A stretch of DNA of 49,939 nucleotides, from positions 1,714,785-1,764,723 of the forward strand of contig CM119267.1 of assembly GCA_051294375.1 (NCBI GenBank), read 5' to 3'. Shown here piece by piece: positions 25,908-37,594 of the stretch. Positions within the stretch are counted from its first letter, which is position 1, and the number at the start of each line of letters is the position of its first letter. Position numbers and translations under genes: made by a program. The notes beneath the pieces were generated by a model that saw only the letters and a list, made by a program, of their open reading frames with translations, was not told where the DNA came from and made no database searches. The DNA comes from Paraspadella gotoi. Lineage: Eukaryota; Animalia; Chaetognatha.

Positions 25908-26454
25908 NNNNNNNNNNNNNNNNNNNNNNNNNNNNNNNNNNNNNNNNNNNNNNNNNNNNNNNNNNNNNNNNNNNNNNNNNNNNNNNNNNNNNNNNNNNNN
26001 NNNNNNNNNNNNNNNNNNNNNNNNNNNNNNNNNNNNNNNNNNNNNNNNNNNNNNNNNNNNNNNNNNNNNNNNNNNNNNNNNNNNNNNNNNNNNNNNNNNN
26101 NNNNNNNNNNNNNNNNNNNNNNNNNNNNNNNNNNNNNNNNNNNNNNNNAAGAGAGAGATAATCCAATGAACGTAATAAAGTTGTGCTTTTTCTTTCTTTT
26201 CCGCGTGTCGACTCCAAGGGGCCTCTCTCCTTCTCTCTCCTCTCTCCTCTCTGCTCTCTCTCCTCTCTCTCTCTCTCTCAGTCTCGTCTCTTTCTCTCAT
26301 CTCTCTCCGACATTTCGTTCAGCATCACTGCAACTCATTGTCTGTTGCTGCTCGATGCTTTCCCGATCATCTCTCTCTCTCGTCTCCCATCTCTCTCTCT
26401 CTCTCATCTCTCTCTCGCATCTCTCTCTCTCTTCTCTCTCTCTCTCAAGTTTAC

Positions 26455-26511
26455 TATAGCTGTCCCTCGAGACGCATACGATGCGTCTCCCCATTAACGC
26501 GGCGCCGCCAT
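26455..26511 (-). CDS. First coding exon of the host gene (approx. MAAPVNGETHRMRLEGQL)
   Basis: gATGGCGGCG start (YY1-like) just downstream of CCGGAAGT, and a GTAAAC donor. One indel is needed to keep the frame. Confidence 0.5.
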
Positions 26512-26790
26512 CGCCCGACGTCTCACTTCCGGCCCACGCCCTCCTCGCCTCCCTCCCTCCTCCCTCTCCTCCTCCATCCTCCTCCCCCTTCTTCTGCCAA
26601 AAACCCGTCGTGCCTTCGACCGCTCGCGTCATTGGGATTCATATATGACGTGGGCATTGCACCGAACCTATGATAAACCCAAGTTGCCAACAGAAGTCAC
26701 GTGAGAGGGAGAGAAAGAGGGAGGGAGGGAGAGAGTAACCAGAAGAGAGAGAGGGAGATTTCGGAATTAGGAATTCGGAATGACGTGGGG
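26512..26790 (-). promoter_or_regulatory. Promoter with ETS, KLF/SP, E-box/CLEAR and two TGACGTGG motifs
   Basis: ACTTCCGG ~26525-26532, CCCACGCCC ~26533, TGACGTGG at 26646 and 26781, GTCACGTGA 26696-26704. Confidence 0.5.
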
Positions 26791-27459
26791 CAGTTTGTGA
26801 ATAAATTGTGAGGTTAATGTGGTTTGGAGTTATTTTCTTGTTTAGTCAAAAGAAAAAAAAACTGTTCCCTTTGAAAAAAACAAGTTTCGCACGAAATTGG
26901 TACCAACAGATTACAAATTTTACATTCATTTTACATTACATTACATTATCTTTTGCCTGATTTTAAAAAGGCTACGGTGGGTGAAGGTGTTTATAGCAGG
27001 AGCCTGGTTAGGACAACACCTGGCTTGCCTATCAATAAAGTTGTACTATATTTTTATTAACTAATTCAGCAATTGTCTAAAAGGACCACTCTAACATTTG
27101 TTATTTGAATTGCAGTAGAATGAAATTTGTTATTTAAGAACTTCGCTTAGTTATTAAAGGGTCTTTTTCTTTCTCTGAGTAAATTTTTTCGAGGCAATGA
27201 GAGAAATTCGTGTCTCAGTTTTGGCGCCAAAAATTGAGAGAAAAAAAACGAATTTTAGGGGAAAAGTTGAATTGAAATGAGTTTTTGTGTGGACGAGGAG
27301 TAGGAGGAGGTGGAGGAGGAAGAGGAGGAGGTAGAGGAGGAGGAGGGGTAAGGGAAGGGGAAAGAGGGAACAGAAAAGAGGTTTAAACAAAAAAAATAAA
27401 TGCAAGAAAAACGAAAGAAATAGAGAAAGAGAGAGAGAGAGAGAGAGAGAGTGAGAGAC

Positions 27460-27525
27460 AGGCCCGCCCCGCAAACCGGAAGTAACAGTGCAAAAGTAAA
27501 CATGGACCCTGTGGAACCAAGAACG
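27460..27525 (+). promoter_or_regulatory. ETS-box promoter and putative first exon (MDPVEPRT) of a divergent gene
   Basis: GC box cccgcccc, CCGGAAGT 27476-27483, ATG 27502, GT after 27525. Confidence 0.35.
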
Positions 27526-28418
27526 GTTAATGCAACAAAGGAAAAAAAGAATTGAATGGGATGGAGGAAAGGAGAAAGGGAGGAAAGAAAAAAATGAAAA
27601 AAGAAAGAAAGAGAGAAAGAAAGAAAGAAAGAGAGAAAGAGAGAAAGAAAGAAAGAAAGAAATGAAAAAGAAATAAAAAAGAAAGAAAGAAAGAAAGAAA
27701 TAAAAAAGAAAGAAATAAAAAAAAAATCAGAAATTTTTTTTAGTGGAAAATTAGATTTTTAGGCAAAAGCAAAGGTTCAGAAAAGTTTTCCCCTGTCATT
27801 ATACTTACAGTCAGTGCAAAATTACAAACTGACATACAGAAACAGTTTAATTCTTACTCAGTGAGTGATATATCCGTTTTTCACAAAAAAGAAATCCCTA
27901 TCATTCGTATCACTAGTGAATTTCAGAGATCCTCGGTGAAAATTGCAACAATTCTGACGAGTTTGTAAAAATCTTTGGCACAGATCAAAACGACTCGTCC
28001 TTGTTCTTCAACAACTGTTTGTCAAATTCTTTGTTTTCTAATTACTAAGTCTAAAACTTTAACCAATGACCTCACTTTTTTTATTTCGTTCATTTTTTAT
28101 CACGATCTAATTTCACATTTTCAATTCTACATTTCACTTTATACATATATTCTTCAATCTACATTCTTCTCTGTACCCTCCTATCCCTTTTTTCTCTCTT
28201 TCAACACCCTTCCTCCCTTTACTTTTACTTTTTTCCCTTCCTTCCCTTTCCTTCCTTTCCTCTCAATCTACCTTCTCTCCTTTCCTCCCTCTCTCAACCT
28301 TCTTTCCTCCCTTTCCTCTCAATCTCTTATCTTTCCTTTTCTCCCTCTCTCAATCTCCTTTCCTCCCTTTCCTCTCAATCTCCTTTCCTCCCTTTCCTCT
28401 CAGTCTCCCTCACCACAG

Positions 28419-28502
28419 GTTTTTCTTTCCATCACCGAAGTTCAAGAGGATCGAGTTTCTGCTGAATCAAACCTCAAAATCTCACTGACGGAGTTTTTCT
28501 TT
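28419..28502 (+). CDS. Putative exon (VFLSITEVQEDRVSAESNLKISLTEFFF)
   Basis: Polypyrimidine tract plus CAG acceptor, GTGAGC donor, 84 nt in phase 0, compatible with 27502-27525. Confidence 0.35.
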
Positions 28503-28877
28503 GTGAGCCTCACATCTCGACCCTTTCACTTCTTCGCTCTCTCACCATCTCACATTTCTTCACACTCGCAGAACCGTTCTCCTCCCTATGAGCAACTTTC
28601 ACTCCCTCACAATTTCTTTCTTCCCACCTCCTTCTCTTCCTCTCTTTTCTCCTCTTCTCCCCCTCCTCCTCTTCCTACCTCCCTACTTTTTTCTTTTCTC
28701 CCTCCTTCTCTTCCTCTCTTTCCTCCCCTTCTCCCTCTCCGCCCCCACCTTCTTCCTACTCTACCTCCCTTCCTTCTTCCTCAATTTCTGACTTTGAGTC
28801 AAAATCTCAGTTTCACCTGTTTTTGTTTGAAGCGGAAAAGGGTTAAGGAGAAAGCGGGAGATTGGGTTTTTATTTCT

Positions 28878-28916
<39 letters not shown>

Positions 28917-28986
28917 NNNNNNNNNNNNNNNNNNNNNNNNNGGTGAGAGCGAGATCGAAGGAGGAGAGAAGAGGCCTCTTGCAATT

Positions 28987-29502
28987 TGTGGAATATCCTT
29001 ACAATGTATTTATGTTCTCTCCCAACTGTTGTAGCCGTAAGATCAGATACTTCATACCTCGTTTATTGACATATTGACATAGACATTATAGACACTTGTC
29101 TCATTTGTAAACATGGCGATGACTATAGAATTAGAAGAAGAAGAAGACTTAGAAACGCTTACTGTTAAACGATCCTACCTTTTAAATTACTTAACAATCT
29201 TACAAATAACAATGTCAATAACATGTACTGTCTGCTATAGATCAGAGATAAAATTCTCTTTAAAGCTATCTTAAGCATGTTTGATTCTAAAGTGGTTTTT
29301 TGTAGACATGAGACTAAAATTGTGATGACTAAAACATTTTGAGATCAAAATAGCAGGCGAACATCTGAGTTATTCTATGATTCCAGTTCACGAGACTGTT
29401 CGACCATCGCTACGCTATTTGGGGACAAACAAAGCACAACTATTAAGTCACTATACAAAAGATATGTCTCGTTTAAACTAGCGAAAAACTATAATATTTA
29501 CA
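28987..29502 (-). repeat. 3' LTR
   Basis: tgtgga...tttaca; aligns with 37595-38100 (gtagccgtaag, ggcgatgac, agacatgag, caactattaagtc). Sense AATAAA at ~29062-29067. Confidence 0.9.
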
Positions 29503-30399
29503 TTACGCTCAGAAACTTAAAAGGTAATGTGTATGACTCACAATAACTAATAATCTCGTTCATTAGAGAAATACATTAACCATTTGAACGTGCAAAGCAA
29601 GCAATCGTTTCTACGTTTCCGTTCTCAGGGAAAACTTTAATAAACATGGAATTATACTACGGCGTTTTGCTGAAAAACCGGATCCAGGAGTGAACGGGAT
29701 ATGTCTATATTGAATATGCCAGTGACTTAATGGACTAGAAACTAGATACTACTCTCATACCCAGGAGCTTTTAGAAATTAATTGTTTGGGGTTACTTTTA
29801 ATTTTCTATAGTTTATTGCGGGTTAATTATATTCATAGAATGGGACACTTTGATGGTGATAAGAATATAATAACGGTCGACAAACAATGATACAGAAGAT
29901 AAACTTGGTTGTGTGTGTCGCCGCCTCTAGGTCTGGCAGAAACGGTCGAGATGTTCCAATCCGACGAATCCCTCATTTCGCGGCACACCACTTTCGGCCG
30001 CGTTGCAAGCTGGAATACAAATAGATTCACGTGTTGCATCTTAAATCGCGACGGTTTTGATTTCAAACGAAATACGCGAAACCACAACGCCAATCAGATG
30101 AAATGGCAAACAGCAATGTAGTTAGGTTTTTTGGCTCGATGAGGAAGTGCAGATCAGCGGGCGGCCCGCCGAATCAGCGGGCACAATCGATTAGTATTTC
30201 ACGCCAGGCGTTGTGCGGTCCCTCAATTCCTCTGTTCTGCTTCTCACAACTTTCGGCGACGGAGCGTTGCGTCACGATTAAGAGAGGGTTGCTCGCGCCA
30301 TCCTCAGACTAACTCCTGAGTACGGATTCGCTGGCCGCTTCCTCCGTCTAAACGACCCAAGAGACAGCCGTTCTTGACAGCCCAATTTTGCTTCAGACT

Positions 30400-31420
30400 G
30401 CCGACTCTGACTTTAATCACACTTTGACGCAAGTCTCGAACTACCGATTGTTCGGCGCGCCGTTTTCACGCGAAGGCGCCGCCGATGCCGTCTGAGTCCG
30501 GGAAAGGTTGCAATGCGCGCCTGAGGTCGCTACTCGTCTCTTGAGTGATTTCGGAAAGAAGAAGACTAAATCACCTCAAGTTTGAATTGCCCGTTGAGGT
30601 CTTTACCATTTTTGACCGAGCATTGCAAATTTTAATTATTCTTTTGTCCACCGTTTCCAAAATGAGATTCTGCCAGATGTTGCAGTTGGTGCCACAATTG
30701 CCGGTTTATTTGCCAGTCTGCGTTCTAGGATGACGACGAACAATATGAATGTTAGATAGTGGCCGTTCCCGGCCGCAAACCAAGCGACAGGGATTGCTTG
30801 TAATCTTAATGTTTGATACCAGGCATGGCCTTTGACGTTAACGAATACCTTCAGCATTAGACAAGGGCGTTTTTACATTACCTCATGCTGATGCGACAGC
30901 TGAATCGGTTCTAAGTTCTTTTAGGAACGTTTTATGACTGAGCGATCAAGGCGCTCCCAAATGCTCGCCAAAATGACGCGGGCCGCTGCGAGGCGTTAAA
31001 AACCATTTATACCTTTGATGTTAGACTGAGAGAATTCTTCATTCCACTTCTGACCCCAGTTTGACCAGTCTTACTCGGCCTACCTAACACCTTTGTTCCA
31101 TTGTTAGACCAGATTTGTCTCAACCTTGGGCGACGGGACAGAATCTAGTACAGCATATGAAAGCAGAGTGGATCAAGTCAAGCGCAGTCAAGTGTGACTC
31201 GCATTCACGCTTTTGAATGGTCATGTTAATATAAACAGATATCAGCGTTTGCGTCGTTGCCAAGCGCAGAACGGTCATACTTCTTACAACGATATGGACC
31301 CATGAAATATGCAACCTGGTACATTAACTGGGATAGACGGAGAACGGGTCCTTTATATGAGATTAGAACCATTGTGTCGTGGTTTGCGTTTGTGAATAAG
31401 GACGTAGACATTCTAAAACA
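30400..31420 (-). pseudogene. Integrase (HHCC, DDE core, GPY/F), frameshifted
   Basis: Fragments NHDT..RL..W..VKKYxRSCxxCQRRK (reconstructed), ALDLI, GRPS, MLKVFVNVKGHAW, GDLVFFF. Confidence 0.75.
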
Positions 31421-32099
31421 TTTTCATCTTCGACTATATTAAAAGTCGAGAACCTTCTCATAATTTATATCATCATTTGTTTCTCTCAAAATATGCATGA
31501 ACTGATTCAAGGCAACTTAAAAAAGATGAACCCATTCTAAGAGTGAACGTGGATGAACCGAAGAGTTAATTTGTGAATGATGGTTGGGAGCAGCCAATTC
31601 GCCCGTGCTTGACTCACGGGAAGAGTCGATTGCGTAGGTACGCTCGACGGAGTAAGTTTCATCTTAGAATGAAAGGACTCACGGACCGCGTATACTCGCT
31701 TCCTCTCTTTTGGGGCAAACAGCTTTACCGTGCTATATTCGGATGGTCAGGGTCAGTACCTGTTACCAAAACTTAATTTTGTTAAAAAATTATCTCGGGT
31801 CAGAAAAATAATGTTTTTGTAGGAATGAATTACAGACATTCTCGGCTCGATGTCAATCATTTAGGATAAGTCATTCCACTTGAAATTAATTTCCCTTTAT
31901 CTAAGTTAGAAAATACAAAAATTAACTATAAGACTGTAAAAACCAACGAGCTTTATTCAAGTCCTTACCATGCAGATACACGTTCCGGGGCATTAGATTT
32001 CAAAGAAAATGTAAAATAATGTTCATGCTTACTTTCGCGTCAAGCGGGAAGTTTCGACGTTTTTATACGTCGATACATCTTCTTATATCTGAAAGACTA

Positions 32100-33250
32100 A
32101 TGGTTTTTTGGACCACATGAAGTAAAGGATTTTGCATAACGACACTTTCCGGTCTTTGATAGGAAAAATATCCATGGAATATTCGTCGCCTCTCACGCGG
32201 CGACAGCGAACGGGCTGCGAAATCGGCTGGATTCAAGGATGCTCGGACAATACCATTGTGGAGGAGAGGAACAGCTTGAATCTTGCGTATTCTTATGAAC
32301 CAAAGTGTTTTTTTGGTGTCGATTATTGTTTTGTTTTGCGATTATTATTGGTCTCGCACAGACACAAGATGATCAGTCCCGAAGTATGATTTTTCGTATC
32401 CTCGGTTTGAAAACCCAATACCGATAGAGCCCAAAACTGTTGTGGGGACAGATTTATTGATAACCACAGCTGGCAGAGTTATTCAGTTAGGAATGGGACA
32501 CCATCTTGTATATTTTGAGTGTAATTCGACATGATTTGAGAGGGTGGGGCAACAGGTGCTTTTGCCTTAAGAGACGCGAGAGATCGGATTTTGCCCACTC
32601 ATCACAAAACATACTACTAACAGACTCATGCCCTAACGTTAGCTGCTATGCGGGGAAAAGTAGCTATGCTGCCATATTGATTTTATTTCTTACTTAGTTT
32701 TTGTTAGAGCATACGCGGCCAGCCGAGGAATGTAATCCTTCTATCTGTGGTGAGAATTTTGACATTCATTAAAACGGTTGACCTGATATTGGGAATGATG
32801 TGTCCAAGTTAATCAAGAGCTAATTAGTCGAATTAAAATTTTTTGCCTTGAGTAAGGAAGGATGCAGATTTAGTACCTCATTTAGGCGGCTTTCCGTACG
32901 AAGCCATTAGGTGATAGTGGCTTGTCTCGAGTTCGTGACGACCGATCCCGCCTTGTAAAGAGCAATGCTCTTCATTATAATCTCAATGGTAGTCAGCACT
33001 CGTTAGATTACAATCAGTTGATCTCAAGAGCTTTTCGAAGGCAAGTCGGAATTCTACGGATTTCCTCACTTTCTCTTTGTAAATTCGCGGTGGCGCTACA
33101 TGCTAAACTTACTTTTTGAACTTGGACTTCTTGGTTAATTTCACCGGCTCCGTAAGGAAGATCGTTTTAATTCCGAATTATTGTTCTTACGCTAGCAAAG
33201 TTCCGCTTTTTCTGGCAGTCTCTCTATAAATTCGTCATATACAATGCTCT
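32100..33250 (-). pseudogene. Reverse transcriptase and RNase H, frameshifted
   Basis: Fragments LTTIEIIMKSI, HYHL..KSA-FLTQGKKFxF, ITFLG, IATFP..NV, SIGIG, RPIIIAK..HQKN, EYSMDI. Confidence 0.7.
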
Positions 33251-33299
33251 CATACCCAAGTGTTACATGGTTTCTGAGTGGTGCAAATTTTTCCGTTGG

Positions 33300-33610
33300 A
33301 ATTTCGTGCTGCGACCTCTTTAGAGCAACGTTGGCCAATTGTGTCGGTGGCAAGGTTTCCACATAGCTATCTGTTCCGCCAAAGGCATGTGCTAGAATTT
33401 GCATCACCTTGCGGTGTCTTAATTTTTGGTCTTTCAAATAACAATCTTTGACGCATGGGTATTTCCTGGAGTCATTTACGCGATGTGTAAAAATTTCTTG
33501 TAGCCATTCAAGAGGCCAATGCTCGGAGTCTAACCTGATTAAACTATCTAGAAATTTATTTATACATAAATCAGCGGGTCCCGTAACATAGAGCCAACTT
33601 GATTATTAGA
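33300..33610 (-). pseudogene. Protease region
   Basis: Corrupted AL-x-DTG-ADLCINKFLDS-like motif at ~33595-33545, directly after the zinc knuckles. Confidence 0.4.
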
Positions 33611-33649
33611 AACACCTTTAGGATTTACCTCGTGTGTCCGTTGCCACGA

Positions 33650-34850
33650 TGTAATTATGAGCGAGACGCTCACCACGTATATTGGTTGGTATTGTGGTTA
33701 GCGGTGAGTAGCCCCAAAATACAGGAAGGGTAGAGATCCAAAATAGTGGATATTGGGAAGGCGTGCCCTCCAATCTTCTCGGCTTATTTCGTGTTTTGAA
33801 TTTCTTATAAGGACATGCTCACAGTTGATCACAGAAACTTCTGTATTTAACTTACAGTAGTGAGCTTCTCTTGATGCCGCGCCACGTCGGGTAGGATAGT
33901 GTTTTGCTCTCAGTTCGTGTTCTTTTGCTTGCAGCAACTTTCGTCAGAATGGACACTTGTTGCAGGTTTTTCACTTCTATGACGCGCAGAGTTAATCGAT
34001 AGTTGATATTCGCTCCCATTGACAGTCACAAGGGATCTTAATTATTTCTCAGTGCGCCTTTTCATTTCATATTGAGGGTGATTCTCCTTTTTCAAAGCGC
34101 CAGCGAATATGTGAAATCAATGATGAATATAATCATTTCCTAATGTACTCAATGAAGCATGATGGTTGTCGCGGAAATCACAAAGCGCTAAGACTTAGTA
34201 TTATTTTTTCTCCGTGCCTGTGGTTGCTTCGGCCAATTTAAGCCAGCCCATCTAGTTAAGATTTGACTCGATTGGGTTGTTACGACCTGACTGGGCGGTC
34301 TGCAGCCTTTGGACGTTGGGGCTGTATGACGCTGCAGACATGCTTTTCCGGGGATAGGCTTCAATTTCGTGGTTGAAATTATGCAGTCGATAACCTTCTC
34401 GACATCATGGCAGATGAGTGTAGTTCTAATTCGACATTTAGCAGCTTTCAAAGGCGATAGCCAGAGCGAACTCCAACTGGATAGTGTGTTGGCCAACCTG
34501 CCCCGCAACTTTAGTTAATTACTTAGGTTATACTTCTGTGAATTGTAATCTTAATTCTAGATTTTTGGCGACCTGTGTCACAACTCTTCTTGTCTAACGA
34601 CGTAGGATTACCTCCATCTCTTTTCAGAATTAGTTTCTCCATCGAATTTTGTCGACCAATTTTGGGTGTAATTGGTGACTATTAGACGCAGGAAATTTTT
34701 GGTAAGCGGAGTACCCGCTTTCAACAGATTTTTCTGTTCTTGCGAGGGTTCCTTCGCACAAATGATGGCACGGCACTGGAGTATGGATTCAAATAATATT
34801 TTAGGACACAAAGGTTACTCCATTTGGGATCAGACGCCCATACATGTTGC
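33650..34850 (-). pseudogene. gag module 3 (capsid plus CCHC knuckles)
   Basis: KFDGETNSEKRW (~34650), KLRG (~34510), MHR-like PGKSMSA..VQRL, knuckles (C)KTCNKxxHSDESC (~33975-33930) and HYCKLN..VINC. Confidence 0.65.
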
Positions 34851-34949
34851 GGAAGACGCTGTGAAACTGCCGCTGCTGGATGCTTGAAGTCGATTCGGAT
34901 TTTCTGTTCTTACTTTTTTAGTTGATATTATCACTTGTTAAAAATAAGT

Positions 34950-36090
34950 TATATGGATAGAGAGTCAATATCACAGATTGGTTATAGTTTGTACCTTTTC
35001 GGGACTTCGTTTTTTTTCTCAAATGGCGAATAACAATCACGATAGCAACAACCCTTTTACTCCATTGGAACGACAATTCCAACAAGGGAACATTTAGACG
35101 CAATACTCTCCCATTTAGCTTTTTAAATAGGAAAGCTATAAAACTGGCTGATCTTTTGGTACAGCAATACTCGCTACTCTCTGGCTTGACTTGGGTAGTA
35201 CTCAGCATCATGAGAGGTTTGTCTTCATTTGCCTCTGCGATTGAGATCGACTTTGCTTGAACAAACTAAGCCGGTTTTAATTTCGTGGTTTGGTTATTGG
35301 GTTGTTTTTACTACTGGGTTGACAGTGGACACTGACAGTTAGAGCCAAACCGGATAAGACATTTTTCTCTTATGGCAAATGTCCTTGGAAATTCGAGGAC
35401 CTTAGTGATGTATCATGTACTCTTTGAGATAACTTACTGCTACAATTTATATGCATACTCACCTCTTATTTGTTCTTCCAGCAAGGCACTATATACATGT
35501 TTAGAATCAACTACTTTTCATCCGACGTTGGAGGTTCAATGGACGGTAAGGATGTGACAAGGAATCAACCGCTTTTTCTATGCCTAGGTCAACGTATTGA
35601 CGTCTTCTTGAGCCGAGAGCGAGATTCAAATGGAAACGAATCTTTTACTGTTGGCCCACCGGCCAACAACTTTTCTCAAACATCAGAGGCCCCAGTTCTT
35701 TTGTTGTAACCCATACTCTTGAAACTTAGGCTTTTGCCATTTGAGGGCATACTTGGAGCTTTCGAGAATTATCTTCGTGCTCCATTAATGGTCTTCAAGA
35801 GGGACCTTTGGAGCAGTGTTATGGAACACGATTCTACGTCACGGCTTTCCTTGCGTCGGTTCACAACTCGCCTCGAACATTCTCCCATTCATTTTCAATG
35901 GGCGGAGTTCAATATAAACACTTTACATACCTGCTGACCGGGACGTAAAAGAATCCCCAACCTACCTCCTCCAGCGTCCGCTAGGGCCTATTGCTGTCTG
36001 GACGGCTTCGTTGTGCACACCTTTTGGTTGCCGATAAGAGCTTCCCATAGCTCAGCTGGAGTGATGAAGTCGTATTTTGTAATTAGTGCA
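34950..36090 (-). pseudogene. gag module 2 (capsid with MHR plus zinc knuckle)
   Basis: ITKYDFITPAELW (~36085), SRSAG..SVY..ENEWENVRGEL, MHR QGPSEDIMEHEDxF (35811-35761, reconstructed), EKLLAG, CWNCRSNGVKG..RDC (35084-35033). Confidence 0.6.
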
Positions 36091-36599
36091 CGGCTGTGTG
36101 GAATTTGCCGGTATTCAGGAGGCTAGAGTAATAAAGGGGGTGATAACGTTTGTGGAGAGCTCGTTGTGCCATGGGAGCTCAATGGCGGATAGTGAGTGAT
36201 TAATGAACGATTAGTGGTCCCTAAAGCCACTAACGTAAATTTGGGTATATTGTCTGGTATTGAGACGGTGATGGAAACGGGCAGATGCAGAACATAATTA
36301 GTTTTGAACGAGATTGAAGTTGAGGCTTGATTGCACATAAAGAACGGCGCCCGTAACGGCTAAGGAGCAGACGGAGAAGGTACTAGGGACAAAGATTGTA
36401 AACGTTGTCTGTAGGTGAACAACGGATTGGAAGTTGTATCTCAACAATGCAGCAGAACTGTGTGTTAAAAATGTACGAGTAGGAACACAGCCTTCGTATG
36501 GCCTCCCTTGAGCCTCTCGCCTATGGGCAAGAAGTGCTCAGTGCTCTCGACACTCTCTAGTAACAATTATCTCTCTCTCTCGCGCTGAAGGTCTTAACT

Positions 36600-36825
36600 C
36601 ATTTGCACACGGGATTTAGTGCATGAATCACACTTCAAACTTTACATTATCAGTCTGCATACGATCCACCACCATAACACCCAACGACAGGTTTTGTGCC
36701 TGCAACCCTCGAGTCTTCACGACCTTCCGAGCTCATTTTCGTTCGTCTTCGATCCATATATCCAATTCCCCCAGGGATTTGTTCCGTTCGTAATTGAAAA
36801 ACAATTTTGGTTCGAATTGGTTCAT
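36600..36825 (-). pseudogene. gag module 1 (capsid N-terminal-domain-like)
   Basis: ATG 36825: MNQFEPKLF..ELDIWIED..EDSRVA..WW..RMQTDNVKFE..IHAL (reconstructed across indels), followed by a Pro/Ser/Thr-rich linker. Confidence 0.45.
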
Positions 36826-37594
36826 TGCGCTTCTCGTGCGTATTTTTAGCGACGCTCTTGTGCTCCGAGTTGGCTTTACAATAACTAAAACCTATTTTTT
36901 CCTCTCTCAGCAACTTGTTGGCCTTGACGCACTTGATCGAATCTTCAGAGGCAGTCGAAATGCTGTACTATCAATACTACGGGGGCGTCCACTCCAATTC
37001 ATATATCTTATGTTTATAGTTATATTAGTCAAAGCTGTAGATTAGTGGCTCGACAGCTCGGCGGTCAAATGGAGTAGTGGGGTGGGTTGGAAGCACTAGT
37101 CCAAGAACAGAGAATAGAAGGGATCTCACTGAAACTGGCGCCGCTTGTACGCGTAGGAGCCGGTGGGAGGTAAGACAGTCTCCTGCCTATAGTCGGCGCA
37201 TGAAGAGACGGGACATTAGAGTCAGTGTAGAGTCCTTGATTCAGTTCCAAAACCCTTTCAAAACTTCAGTTTAGAGTTTGTTTGCCTATAATATTTCTGA
37301 GATTCTTCTGGCATCTGGCTAAGACTTTGGTTATTATAAACAAAGGTTAAACACTTATTGCACTCTTATCTCTTCTAACGAGCCGTTAAGGCAACTTTAA
37401 GATTGTACGTGATGCCGAATCTTTCCATCCTGCAATTATTGCAGTAAGCTCTCAATATTGGAAACTAAATGAGTCTCACGAATTTCATTTCTCACATTCC
37501 GGTCATTGTAGACTTGCGTCATGTTAAAAAAATTAGAGATCGCAACCCGTTAAGTAGATGAAACAGGTTAAAAGATGCCAACAGTTAAAGAGAA

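Noticed and set aside
32470-32545. Plus-strand BEL/Pao RT-like motif (RV..G..YILSVIRHDL)
   Set aside because: No YVDD or other BEL motifs follow, while the minus strand gives a coherent Gypsy RT-RH-IN series.
34918-35211. RNase H look-alike (IAFLFKKLN..VAIVIVIRHLRK)
   Set aside because: Wrong position (upstream of gag module 3). Another frame gives a zinc knuckle, and RNase H motifs lie at ~32400-32100.
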